64,000 nucleotides of DNA from Porphyridium purpureum (Eukaryota). A model generated the notes under the pieces. It saw only the letters and a list, made by a program, of their open reading frames with translations, ran no database searches and was not told the origin of the DNA. Numbering within the stretch: the stretch's first letter is position 1; each line of letters begins with the position of its first letter. Below are positions 41,481-52,500 of the stretch, piece by piece. The position numbers were made by a program, and so were the translations under genes. The stretch covers positions 1-64,000 of the forward strand of contig VRMN01000012.1 in the NCBI GenBank assembly GCA_008690995.1. The letters run 5' to 3'.

Positions 41481-42158
41481 CACGATCTGTGTCGCGCGGT
41501 TCTCGCGCCCTCCCTCTCACTCCGTTCTCCGTTCCCACGCCCCCCGCCCCACCATGCATCCAACGCGGCGTCACGCCCGCCCTTACTCACCTTCCACCAC
41601 ACACACCCCAAACCCTCCCCCCTCTCCCCTCTCACCCATGCATGCACCTCCCCTTCCTCTTCCCCACACCATCCCTCTCTCACCAAAACCCCTCCCCCAT
41701 CCCTCTCCCCTTCTCTCTCTGCACCAAAAACCCTCCCGCTCATCCTCACCTTTCTCCATCCAACAACGCCAACAACCCTCCGTTACTAGTAAAACACCCC
41801 CATCTTCTCATATCACCCAGCTGTACACTACCCCCTCTCTATCCCACACTTCCCCTTCACACCGGGTCAACAACACTGACCAGCGTGCATCAAACACCCT
41901 TTACAACACAATCATAAACCGTTAGCTGTGAACCGCTCAACCGTTAGCTGTGAACTGTTAACCACTGAACGCAAATCACTCGCCGTTGCCCAAACCCCAC
42001 GACCCACACAAACACTCACCGTGTAAGAATATCCGCTAGACACGAACCGCTTCAGCGTAGCCGCTGAAGCATGAACCGTTGCCCATTCAGTAACAGTCAC
42101 GAAGCTAATCACGAAAAACCACGAAACACTAACAAAAAGAAAGAAAACCATGACGAAT

Positions 42159-42235
42159 CGCAAACCGCAAACCGCAAACCGCAAACCGCAAACCGCAAAC
42201 CGCAAACCGCAAACCGCAAACCGCAAACCGCAAAC
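42159..42235. repeat. Tandem 7-mer (CGCAAAC)x11
   Basis: Directly visible perfect array in the ferlin/eIF3c divergent intergenic region. Confidence 0.97.
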
Positions 42236-43064
42236 CGGCAAACTGAAAAACCGCAACGTGTTCAGCGAGCTCTGGCAAGCAAAAGATGGTCACGTTGTGT
42301 CGAATGTCTTGGAGCTGGGAAGAAAATGTCTTCGAGAGACGGTGTGGGTGTTGGGTGCGACTGGGTGATAAGAACGGAGCGGTACATCGCACGCGGTGCG
42401 TTGACACCACCTATAGACGACGCACGCGTGCGGCTCGGCGCGCAGCGTGGGGCCACTCCAGCCGTTGTCGCGACAGAATGGGTGCCGCGTGGAAAACACA
42501 TGGTGCTTCATTTCCAGCATGAATGCGGGTGCACTATCCTACTTTCAAGCCTGTCACAATTCGCAATGTGCGGCGCGGCGAGATTTTCATACATCGCGCT
42601 TCGGAGCAACCGCTCTGCGCCAAGCACTCCGTTCACAGCCATCGCACAACCTTACCCCTGCGCTCGCACGCCTTCGACTGGCCCGACTTTTTCACAGAAC
42701 CGTGCGCGTCAGTGTCATCATTACACACAGACTGTACCTTCTCTATAGCACAGCACTGCGCTTTTACAATCGAGCGCGAGCGTGACTTGTCATCACGCAC
42801 GCACAGAAATGAGAAAGAGATGACAGGATGACACTATTGGCATGACAGATGACGCCTGTTATGTCGCGGGCATAGAGTATAAAGATGACAAACGAATACG
42901 GAAGTGCGTTTTGGGTGTTCAGCTTGCGGCGGCGCACGGCGGGGGAGGAGGAGAGCGCTTGTGTTGGACGAGGGAGAGAGGAGAGAGAGAGAGAGAGACA
43001 AGAAGGAGAACGGGGAAAGGAAGGGGGGAGGAAGAGGGGTGAGGGGAAGGAGGGTGGGGGAACG

Positions 43065-46000
43065 ATGGGTTCGCGATTCTTTGCGACGGGGGACACGGCG
43101 TCCGAGAGTTCGGACGCGGAGATCCCAGCGGAGGAGAACGAGGAGGTGGTGTTGACGGTGGTCGAGCCGCACGCGCAGTTGGGCGCGCGCGCGTCGCGGT
43201 TTGCGCGCGATACAGACTCGGAGGATGATGACGAGGAAGACGTGCAGCGGGTCGTGCGCTCCGCGAAGGATCGCAGATACGACGCCATGCTGGACACCGC
43301 GGGAAAGTTGCGCGCGCACGCGAAGAACCACAATTGGATCGAGATCCAGGCCACGCTCGACGCCGCCAACAAGCAGCTCGACGTGCTGCAAAAGACGGAC
43401 CGCTTGCTCACAGCGGGCGCAGCAGGCACGCCTCCCGTGCCTGATCTATACCTGGCGATCTGCCTCCAGCTAGAGACGCTCCTGGAAGACGACCTCGCCA
43501 AGAAGTCCGAGCTCAAGCTGTCCAAGACAAACACCAAGGCGCTCAATACAATGAAGCAGCGGATCCGCAAGAACAACGCCGTGTATGTGGACGCGCTCGA
43601 GGCGTTTCGCGAGCGCGGCGGCAGCGACGATCTTGAGCCATACCTAAGCACCCGCACGGTCGATCTGCGCGCGGCACAGGCCGCGGCCGCGGCGCGTGAT
43701 GCGCACGCTGGCCTCAAAGATGACGACGACAGCTCTAGTAGCAGCAGCTCCGATGACAGCAGCTCCTCAGATGAATCTGACGATGGCGCGTCATCCGACT
43801 CGGACGCACCGCAGAAGCAGCAGCAGCCGCCCGCAAAGGAGAAGCCGAAAACGGTTAGCGGCGACTCGGATTGGTCGGGCTCGTCATCGAGCGACTCGGA
43901 CGACTCAAAGAGCTCGCGTAGCTCGAGTGACGTTCGGGCCGGCGCAGGTACTGGCGCCAAGGCAAGCAAGTGGTTTACAAAGGAGAAGACAACAAAGAAG
44001 CCGTCTCCGGCTGCAGCGGAGCAGCGACGTGCCGCAGCGGTGGCGCCCGCTGCGAAAAGAGCAGCAGATGCTGAAGAGCAGGCGGCGGCAAGCAGCGCTG
44101 CAGCAGAAAACCGCGCGCGCCAAATGGAGTTCAAGCGGCCAGAAGAGGTGACCAAAGCCGAGGTGGACCAGGCCATGCTCGACATTCTTGCCGCACGCGG
44201 GCGCAAAGGTACGGACCGGCACGCGCAGATCGACCACATCTTTTTCCTGTATCTTGCCGCAAAGTCGTCCCGGCAAAAGATGGATGTTCTCCAGTCGTTG
44301 ATTTCGGCTTTGTTTGACATGTCGCCGTCCACCGACTCGGTGATGCCGCTCGCCCTATGGCGCGACGCGCTGGGTTATACGTTTGAACTGGTCGCACTCG
44401 CGTCCAAACATTTTCCACGCCTGCGCTTCAGTGACGGCGGCGCCGCAGGCGCCGACTCGGACGACGTGACAGTCTTTGCCCAGCAGGTCACCGATAAGAT
44501 GCGACGCGAGCTAGCCGCCGCGGTCGAGGCGGAGCGCACGGCTATTGCTGACGCCACGGCGAAAGGCGAGTCACACGCCGATGCGCATGCGCGCATCATC
44601 GCTGCAGATGACCACGAGGAAAAAGTGCTTGCGGGTGACCTTGCTGCGCTCGTTGGCCGCCTGGACGACGAGCTTTACAAGGCATACCAAAACACGGACG
44701 CGTACTCGCAAGAATACGTCGAGCGACTCATGGATGATTTTCCATTGGACAAGTTGCTTGCGCAGACGCATGAGTACTATGCAAAGCAGGTGCAGGACAT
44801 GGAGCGCGCCGCACTCATCGCGGCGCGCCGCGTCATGCACCGTTACTACAAGACCGAGGTACAGGAGGCCAAACTGCGAGCGACAGTTGCGCAGAAGGAG
44901 CTCGAGAAAGAGCAAGCTCAAGGCAAAGGCGCAGACGGCCAGCCGCGCCCGCGTACTCTGGCACCGCCGACGACGCGAAAGACGGCGGCTCGAGCCGTCG
45001 CTGGTGAACAAGACGACCTAGACCAAGACCAGGCTCTAGTTCCGCACATCAGTGTGGAGCCCTTCACGCTCCCGCTGCCTGAGTATTCGCTGCAAGAGCT
45101 ATGCGTCCTTGTGTATCGCTCTGGCGAGGATCGCGCCAAGTCTCAGACTATGCTGTGTCAGATTTATAATCACGCACTCGAGGATCGCTTTTATGCTGCG
45201 CGTGACCTCGTGCTGATGAGCCACTTGCAGGAGACGATTGTGCAGGCGGACGTGCCCATGCAGATCTTGTTCAACCGCGCCATGGCGCAGCTTGGCCTGT
45301 GCGCGTTTCGGCTAGGCATGCCATGGGAAGCTCATGCTGCACTGTTTGAGCTTTGTACCTCGTCGCACTCGGCAGGTTCTGGCAGCAACGCACGCATGAA
45401 GGAGCTTCTGGCGCAAGGAGCCGCAATGTACCGCGGTTTCGACAAGACGGTCGAGCAGGAAAAGGCCGAGCGCCGCCGGCAGGTGCCGTATCACATGCAT
45501 ATTAATCTCGAGTTCCTTGAGACAGCGCATTTGGTGTCCGCCATGCTTCTTGAGGTGCCCAATATTGCGCTCAATGCGTTGCGTGGCGTCGGCATGAAGC
45601 GCCGCGTCATCTCCAAGGTATTCCAGTACTTTTTGCGCAACTCGATGAAGCAGCAGTTCCCGGGCCCGCCGGAAAATGTGCGCGACCACGTCATGGCCGG
45701 TGCTCGCGCGCTTATGAAAGGAGACTGGCTTGGCTGCTATACCCACGTTGCGGCAATGCGCGCGTGGAAGCTTGTAACACCGAGCGTTGCGTCTTCCACG
45801 CTTGCAAAGCTGAAGACGCTCATGCAGCGGGAGGGTTTGCGCACTTTTGTGCTCACCTACTCGATGTACTATGACGCGCTAAGCACGCAAGCGCTGCAGG
45901 CGCGCTTCGAGATGGACGCGTCGCAGATCCACTCAACGCTGAGCAAAATGATCATCAATGGCGAGCTGCGCGCATCGTGGGACCAGCCGAGCGGCTGCAT

Positions 46001-46358
46001 CGTGGTGCGCCGCACGGAACCTACTCGCATGCAGTCACTCGCACTCCAGCTCACGCAGAAATGCGCGCAACTCGCAGACCACAATGAGCGCCTCATGGAG
46101 GCCAAGATGGGCGGCGCTGGTGGTAAGGACGATGACGCAAACGAGTGGCGCGGCGGCGGCGGAGCCGGTGGGTCCACACAAGGTGGAGGATACGGCGGCG
46201 ACCGCGCAGGCGCGTCAGAACGAGGCGGGTACGGCGGTGGCCGCGGTGGTTATCGCGACCGTGGCGGCTATCGTGGCGGTCGCGGGGGCCGCGGCGGATT
46301 TCGGCCGGGCGGCGGGTATCAAAGCGGTGGTGGGTATGGCGGAGGCTATCAAGGGTGA
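43065..46358 (+). CDS. eIF3c: Eukaryotic translation initiation factor 3 subunit C
   Basis: MGSRFF, RVVRSAKDRRY, ARGRKGTDR, ARDLVLMSHLQ, QILFNRAMAQLGLCAFR, PYHMHINLE, GPPEN, PCI domain, RGG tail. Confidence 0.97.
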   Translation: MGSRFFATGDTASESSDAEIPAEENEEVVLTVVEPHAQLGARASRFARDTDSEDDDEEDVQRVVRSAKDRRYDAMLDTAGKLRAHAKNHNWIEIQATLDAANKQLDVLQKTDRLLTAGAAGTPPVPDLYLAICLQLETLLEDDLAKKSELKLSKTNTKALNTMKQRIRKNNAVYVDALEAFRERGGSDDLEPYLSTRTVDLRAAQAAAAARDAHAGLKDDDDSSSSSSSDDSSSSDESDDGASSDSDAPQKQQQPPAKEKPKTVSGDSDWSGSSSSDSDDSKSSRSSSDVRAGAGTGAKASKWFTKEKTTKKPSPAAAEQRRAAAVAPAAKRAADAEEQAAASSAAAENRARQMEFKRPEEVTKAEVDQAMLDILAARGRKGTDRHAQIDHIFFLYLAAKSSRQKMDVLQSLISALFDMSPSTDSVMPLALWRDALGYTFELVALASKHFPRLRFSDGGAAGADSDDVTVFAQQVTDKMRRELAAAVEAERTAIADATAKGESHADAHARIIAADDHEEKVLAGDLAALVGRLDDELYKAYQNTDAYSQEYVERLMDDFPLDKLLAQTHEYYAKQVQDMERAALIAARRVMHRYYKTEVQEAKLRATVAQKELEKEQAQGKGADGQPRPRTLAPPTTRKTAARAVAGEQDDLDQDQALVPHISVEPFTLPLPEYSLQELCVLVYRSGEDRAKSQTMLCQIYNHALEDRFYAARDLVLMSHLQETIVQADVPMQILFNRAMAQLGLCAFRLGMPWEAHAALFELCTSSHSAGSGSNARMKELLAQGAAMYRGFDKTVEQEKAERRRQVPYHMHINLEFLETAHLVSAMLLEVPNIALNALRGVGMKRRVISKVFQYFLRNSMKQQFPGPPENVRDHVMAGARALMKGDWLGCYTHVAAMRAWKLVTPSVASSTLAKLKTLMQREGLRTFVLTYSMYYDALSTQALQARFEMDASQIHSTLSKMIINGELRASWDQPSGCIVVRRTEPTRMQSLALQLTQKCAQLADHNERLMEAKMGGAGGKDDDANEWRGGGGAGGSTQGGGYGGDRAGASERGGYGGGRGGYRDRGGYRGGRGGRGGFRPGGGYQSGGGYGGGYQG

Positions 46359-46499
46359 CAAAAATTAAGGAACCATTGCTGGAAGGGAGAATAGTGTCCC
46401 TCTTTTCCTTCTCCTTTCTTCGAACTTTTGAAAATACAGAAAGCCTTTTGTACTATGCGCACTCACGCGTGCCTGAGCGCACTCGGAGAAATTGAGCCT

Positions 46500-47957
46500 C
46501 TACCTAAGTGGCGGCGTGATGAGACGGCCAGAACGCGTATGCTGCCATGGCGCTGCTCTTGCCCTCTCGTTCGTGGTCTCGAACTTGCCGCTTCCAACGT
46601 CACGGCTGCCTGTTTGAAGATGTTTTGCTCGTGCGGCTGCCGCACCTGCGTGTTTCCGTATCGCCCCTTGCAGAGCAGATTGGTGCTTTTGTGCCTTTTT
46701 CTCTGCCGGCATGATGCTTGAACCTTGCTGCTTTTTGTGCTGCGAAAGGCCAGCCTGAGGAGGCTCAGTGTGCAGGTGGTGCTGTTGATGCTCGAGCCAT
46801 TCTCGCATCGCACGCACGTGAACGGTCCACCGCTGTTTGCGGTCCATGTGCTCAACCACCTCATGCACGAGTTTCGTCAATGCTGCGTGCGCTGGCGTGT
46901 TGGTCGGACGCAAGTCAGAACCGCAATCCATCTGAACGCATGCGAGCACAACGCCCATCAAAGACATGACAAAGTGGTCATCATGGGAATATCGCTTCCA
47001 CCAGCTACGCACCGCCTGCATGGCAGCAGCAAATGAATGACGCTTCGACTCTTCTTCCTCGTCACCAGCGAGCAGATATAAACGCACTGTATCTTGAAGG
47101 ACGTAGTTGTTCATAAGACCGAGACCAAAGGTTGCCGCGGCACATGAGCCATCCTCATGTGCGTCCCATTCGACAGCAGAAACGCAAACAGCGCATGCTA
47201 GCTTAGCGAGCTGCTGCTGCTCATGCCCCATGGTACTTGTACTATTATGATGTGTCAGGCACGAAAGGAGTCGCAGCAAAGGCAGTAGGCGACGAGCGGC
47301 GCCCTTGTTTGTGCTTCCTTGCTCTGCAGGCTCTTGATGGTTTTGATTTTGTTGCGAGTCAATCGGACGAATACATGCAAGTGCTGGAAGAATCAGTTTC
47401 TTCTCCACCAGCATGCCGTACATAGCCGTAAGCTCGCGCGCGTGCGCCTCGTGCACGCACAGCGCGTGGAGCACGTCGCACGCGGCGACACCAGCCACGC
47501 TCCACACCCCGTACCGATCGAGCGCTTCGACCGCGACCGCCAGCGCATGAGACTGCGAATCATGAAAGCGCCCCGGATCGCACGTCGCAAGCACAAGCAA
47601 CAGTTCCAGCATCTTGACCAGCAACGGCTCGAAAGGCGCCACGGCCTGCGCGAGATTCGCGAGCTGCAGCACGAGTCCGTGCGCGACCAGCGTGTTCCGC
47701 GCGTGAAGCGCGCTCACAAAACTCACCGCGTAGTCACAGTCACTGTACACCACTGCCACGCTCTCAGACACGTCGCGCAGCAGCATCGCGTACACATGCT
47801 TATCTACCCGGGCGCCAAACCCACATCCACCGCCTGCTCTCCGAACCATCTCTTCTATCTGAGCATTCAAGTCTCTCATCGTATCCACCACCACCCCATA
47901 CTGCCGCGCCTCGCATGCTACGTGCACGCGCTCGGCTACGCTCCTTCCTCCCATCAT
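46500..47957 (-). CDS. Helical (ARM-like) hypothetical protein with a C-terminal TRSGRLITPPL motif
   Basis: About 485-codon ORF with Leu/Ala-rich helical repeats. Start inferred at MMGGRS. Confidence 0.7.
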   Translation of the reverse strand: MMGGRSVAERVHVACEARQYGVVVDTMRDLNAQIEEMVRRAGGGCGFGARVDKHVYAMLLRDVSESVAVVYSDCDYAVSFVSALHARNTLVAHGLVLQLANLAQAVAPFEPLLVKMLELLLVLATCDPGRFHDSQSHALAVAVEALDRYGVWSVAGVAACDVLHALCVHEAHARELTAMYGMLVEKKLILPALACIRPIDSQQNQNHQEPAEQGSTNKGAARRLLPLLRLLSCLTHHNSTSTMGHEQQQLAKLACAVCVSAVEWDAHEDGSCAAATFGLGLMNNYVLQDTVRLYLLAGDEEEESKRHSFAAAMQAVRSWWKRYSHDDHFVMSLMGVVLACVQMDCGSDLRPTNTPAHAALTKLVHEVVEHMDRKQRWTVHVRAMREWLEHQQHHLHTEPPQAGLSQHKKQQGSSIMPAEKKAQKHQSALQGAIRKHAGAAAARAKHLQTGSRDVGSGKFETTNERARAAPWQHTRSGRLITPPLR

Positions 47958-48081
47958 TCCTCCGCTCTCACTCTCTCTCTCTCTCTCACTCTCTCTTTCT
48001 CTCCTGTTCTCCATGCGCTCCGCCGCGTGCGCGCGTCTGGATCTATTCGTCGTCATAGGGGGGTCGTTCTCAACTCTCACT

Positions 48082-48093
48082 TTTCGCGCCAAA
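48082..48093. promoter_or_regulatory. Overlapping inverted E2F-type site TTTCGCGCCAAA
   Basis: Exact match to the classical double E2F site, about 125 bp upstream of the inferred ATG of the 46500-47957 gene. Confidence 0.55.
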
Positions 48094-48156
48094 AAAAATT
48101 AAAAAATGAAAAGAAAAAACATTACACGGAAACGACGACATCGAGCGCTGAGTGTG

Positions 48157-48312
48157 TCAGAGTAGTTGGATAAAGCTGCAGGATGTTGAGCGCGCCGTGC
48201 GCAGAATAGCTCTAAAGCTCCTGTGCGCAAGGTGAAACACAAGCAACCGCGTCCCACGGTCTGTTCTCGTGGTGAAGTCGGTGCGTAAGAAAGAGAATGT
48301 TGTTCCTGAACC
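48157..48312 (-). mobile_element. 3' end of an RLE-type non-LTR retrotransposon remnant, split by the family B insertion
   Basis: Joining the flanks across the TSD gives the open frame VDVLLGSLGTGSGTTFSFL...SFIQLL*, with a VxxGSLG motif typical of RLE-clade C-termini. Confidence 0.55.
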
Positions 48313-48623
48313 TGCCACGATTTGGGGGGTTACCCCAATCGTCCGCTCGTGTCCCAGACCCCAAGCGTTCAAAACCAACGTCTTTTACTCTCTCTCCTCT
48401 CCTCTCCTCTCCTCTCTTTCTCCAATCCCCGCCGTGAAGCGGCAGAGCTTAAATACCCTACAACTAGACCCTAAAGCTAACCGGACCGCCCAGTTATTTT
48501 GGGGGCCGATGCACTGTACCGAGTGGTACAGTGCCCATTAGAATAGACTTTAGACTGTAACAAAAAAGATTAAAGAGGCGATTAGAAAAAGCTGCAGGTG
48601 GACAAAAGGGGTGGATCGTTACA
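48313..48623 (-). repeat. 3' LTR of family B
   Basis: TG...CA termini; no differences seen versus 54952-55262. Confidence 0.97.
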
Positions 48624-49517
48624 CATCTCACGCAACCCCTAAGCCCTACATCTACAAGAAAAAGTCCTGGCAGCCCGTCGGAGTAACCCGTGGGGAACCG
48701 TGCAAAGCGCGACCGAAAATGCGCGCGGCTACCGGACATAAAAAAAGAAAGAAACAACAGAAAAAACGCGCGAACCGAAGTCCGACCCAAGAGGTACAGT
48801 GTAAGTACTGTACACCCAACGACTGAACACCCGAGCACAGAGACGCACGCCCTTCAATCCGCGGAGGGAACCACGCGAAAGCGTCTCCCCACCAAACGAC
48901 TCCATGAATCACGGCACCATCGCGCACCAGCACGCTCAACACCGCCATGCATCCGCATGTCAAGCCACGCCTCGAAACTCCAACGCAAACCCCTTCAAAC
49001 ACGAGTGCGCGCGTCAGAGTTTCGCGAATATTTCGGCACCCGCAGCCCGAATCAGCGACCTCACCATTCGCAAACCGTCGAAGCTACGCATAAATCGTCT
49101 TCTCCAGTGCCTTCACCACATGCTGAAGCATGCGCGCGCACACGCACGAGTGCCCTGGCCAACCACAGCGCGACCAAACCGTGAAGACCCGAATTCTTCC
49201 GGCACTTTCGTGGTCGCCACCGACACGCGAATAACGACTGCTCTGTAATCGCTCAGGCTAGCGGGCTGAAACTTGGCAGCAAGCTGCACGCCACCGGAGC
49301 GCTGCTGGCAAGCCCCACAAGTTTACACAAGCCCTGCAAAAAACACTTCAAAAGCGAATACTTGTGCGGATTTTGCATGCCTCACATTTGCACCCGGTAC
49401 GAAGAAACCGGCCCTGCTCAAACGAGTACTTGATGCATTCTTGGTGACCGCAACGGTGCATCGGCGCACAACGGCAGAGGCATCCGAGCGTCTGACGAGT
49501 GCCGCTGGCTCCCAGCG

Positions 49518-52500
49518 CTACCGGAAAGCACGACCACTGCGAGTCCGCAAAACATCCCCTTTTGACGCAAAGGAATCCTCGAACTCTCGCACGAGCGTCT
49601 CTGGAAGGTCCTCCGCGAGCTCCCACGTCCAGTCGGCGCGCTTCGCGCCGTACCAGGCCACCAAGAATTCGACTTGTCCGTCTCTCTCCCGGCGCTTCTG
49701 GAGACTGGAGATTTCCGTGAGCACGCTGCTCCGACGAGCGCTGTCTGCGTCAAAGTCGCTGCTTAGCTCCACGCTTGTGTCCACACGCTTGATGCGATCC
49801 ACATGCACAAAAAACTCCTCAGATGAGCTCCTGATAGTCGCCCGCGAGCCCTCAAGCGCCAAGAGTTCGTACGGTCCGACCCACGGTGCCTCCAACTTGC
49901 GCCCCTTCAGCGTTCCCAAGCCCCGCCACAGCATGACTGCGTCGCCAACCTTGACGAGCTGCCGCGCAGAAGTTCGGCTGACACTGGCTGCACTCCGTGC
50001 GAAGTTCTTCGCATGACTACGGTCAGACGCTGCCAGCGCCAGCGCGTGCATCATTTTGATGCGCCCGCGCAGCTGGTCAGCGAATGCTACAAATTCTTGC
50101 TCCGGCGCCTGCTCCTCTGGAACGATTGCTTGACTAAAGTCGTTTGCCGGGCGGCCAAACATGACCTCGTATGGGCTCAAACCGCCCAATGACGCATGCC
50201 GGGAAGCGTTGTACGCGTGTACTGCCAAAGGCAGAAACACGTCCCATCCCACATCAGCGTCATGGTCCGCCATTGCCCCCGCGAGCAGCCCACACAGCGT
50301 ACGATTGTACCGTTCGACTACTCCGTTCGCCTTCGGATTGTGCGCCAACGTGAACACTTTCCCAATCCCCAGTAATTGACTGATACGTGCCAAGAGTTCG
50401 GATCGAAAAGCTGGTCCGTTGTCACTCAAGAGCGCCTCGGGCGGCCCGAAAGGCGCCACCCACGCACTCAGGAGTCCGTCGGCTACCGACCGCGCCGTCT
50501 CATCCGCGACAGGCACGGCTACCGTAAACCTTGAAAAGAGGTCTGCAACCACCAGCACCTTGTCGAAACCACGCGCCGTTTTCGGCGAAATGGTGAGCAG
50601 ATCTGCTGCTACCAGCTCAAATCGCCTTGTTGGGCGCCGCCTCCCAATCGGAACCTGCTGCTGACGACTTCCCTTTCGTCGCGCACAGAAACGACACGAC
50701 TGCAAAAACTCACGGACGTCCGCCGTCCAACCAGGCCACCACCAGAGCCCACTTGCGACCCTGCCAATCGTCTTGGCGACGCCCATGTGGCCACTGGCGC
50801 TCGTCGAGTGGTAGTAACCGAGTACTCTACTCACGAGTGCGTCCGGCACCACACGCCTTAGCGGCTTTGTATGTGCCCATAGGATTCCATCTTCATCGCA
50901 GAAGTACTCGGGTTCGCTGTACTCCGGCCGCTGAGAATTCAAATTCGCTATTTCTTTAGCAATTTGTTCATCCTCCGCGTACGCCGCCTTGAGCTCCTCC
51001 TTGCTCGGAAGTTCTCGCGCCTTCTCCGAAGAGTTAGCTACCGATGTCACGATACGTGCCATGCGCTCGTCGTACGATTGCAAGGGCTCGTGAGCCGGAA
51101 GTGGCTGACGCGATAGCGCATCCGGCACCTTGTTGCTTGGCCCTTTTATGTACTCCAGCACGAAATTATAGTCCGACAGCGCGAGTGCCCACCGCGCCAA
51201 GCGCCCTCGCGGTTCCTTCAAATTCAAGAGCCACTTTAAAGGCTCGTGATCAGAACGAATGCAAATGGACTCTCCATAAAGGTAATGACGACATTTCCGC
51301 ACCGCCCAAACAACTGCTAAGCATTCGAGCTCTGTGATGGGATAATTCTTCTCCGCTGGAGTCAGCGCTCTCGACAGGAAACACACAGGATGGAACGAGG
51401 ATTCCAAACGCTGGTAAAGCGCGGCTCCAACGCCCAACGTTGATGCGTCCGTGTCAAGCACCCACGCAGCTCCCGGAATCGGTTGGTAAAGCACCACCGA
51501 AGGATCACACAGTGCTGTCTTCAGCCTCTCAAACGCCTCGCGTTGAGCTTTCCCGAAGCGACTGCTCCAATCGACGCACTGGACAGCCTGGCGTCTGCTG
51601 CTCTTCTTGGCCGACATCGCCAATCCCGCCAGCGCCTCTCGCAACGGCGCTGCGATCTTCTCGAAGCCCGGAACGAATGCTCGAAACCATCCCACGACGC
51701 CGAGGAAACGCTGTACCTCACTAGGATTAGCCGGAACCTCCCACGCGCGGATCGCCTCCACGTTCCGCCTCTTCGGCCGAATTTTTCCCCCCTCTACCTC
51801 GTGCCCCAAAAATTCGATAGACCTCGCCAGGAATGAGCATTTTGGGAGGGAAAACGTGAGCCCCTCCTCCTCGAACCTCTGTAGAACTTGGTCCAAGATT
51901 TCGAGGTGCTCTTCCTTTGACTTGGTGCCAACGATTAGGTCATCGATGTAGATCAAAGAGTTCTTCCAACGCAGATCCCCAAGAACGGTATTCATCAACC
52001 TTTGAAACGTCGCGGGGCTGTTCGACATGCCCTGCGCAATGACGCAATAGCGGAACAGTCCAAGCGGCGTAATCATGGCTGTCAAATCACGGGACTCCGG
52101 ATGCAGCGGTACTTGGAAAAACCCATCGGTCAAATCCAACGTGCTGAATAGCGAAAATCTTCCTGCCCAGTCAAGGCACTCTTGCACCAGCGGAATCGGG
52201 TACTTATCCTTGACGGTGACGGCATTAAGATTTCGGAAATCCGTTGTCAGCCTCCATGCACCAGTCGGTTTGCGCACGAGTACGTTCGCGGACGCGTACG
52301 GTCCACTACACGGCTCGAGGATTCCCTTTTTTAGAAGCGCCTTCACCATCGTCTCCTCCGCCACGCGCTCCGATTCAGAACGACGTCTGAGCTTCGCTGC
52401 GGGGAAACTGGCCCCATCTTCGGTACGAATGACGTGCTGTACAGACCGCGCACGCCCTGCTTCAGCGCGGAAGACTCGCCAATGCTTTTGCACGACTGCG

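Noticed and set aside
42159..42235. (AAACCGC)n as a telomeric repeat
   Set aside because: Short, internal, flanked by ordinary genes, and not a telomere unit I can support.
42885..43064. N-terminal extensions given by the ORF track (eIF3c, tetraspanin, DnaJ, Ycf20, gag ORFs)
   Set aside because: They run through purine-rich leader sequence or begin at non-ATG codons; conserved or plausible N-termini start at downstream ATGs.
48690..49248. env-like or accessory ORF in the family B 3' region
   Set aside because: Only short ORFs, mostly without ATG starts, with no signal peptide/TM pattern or domain.
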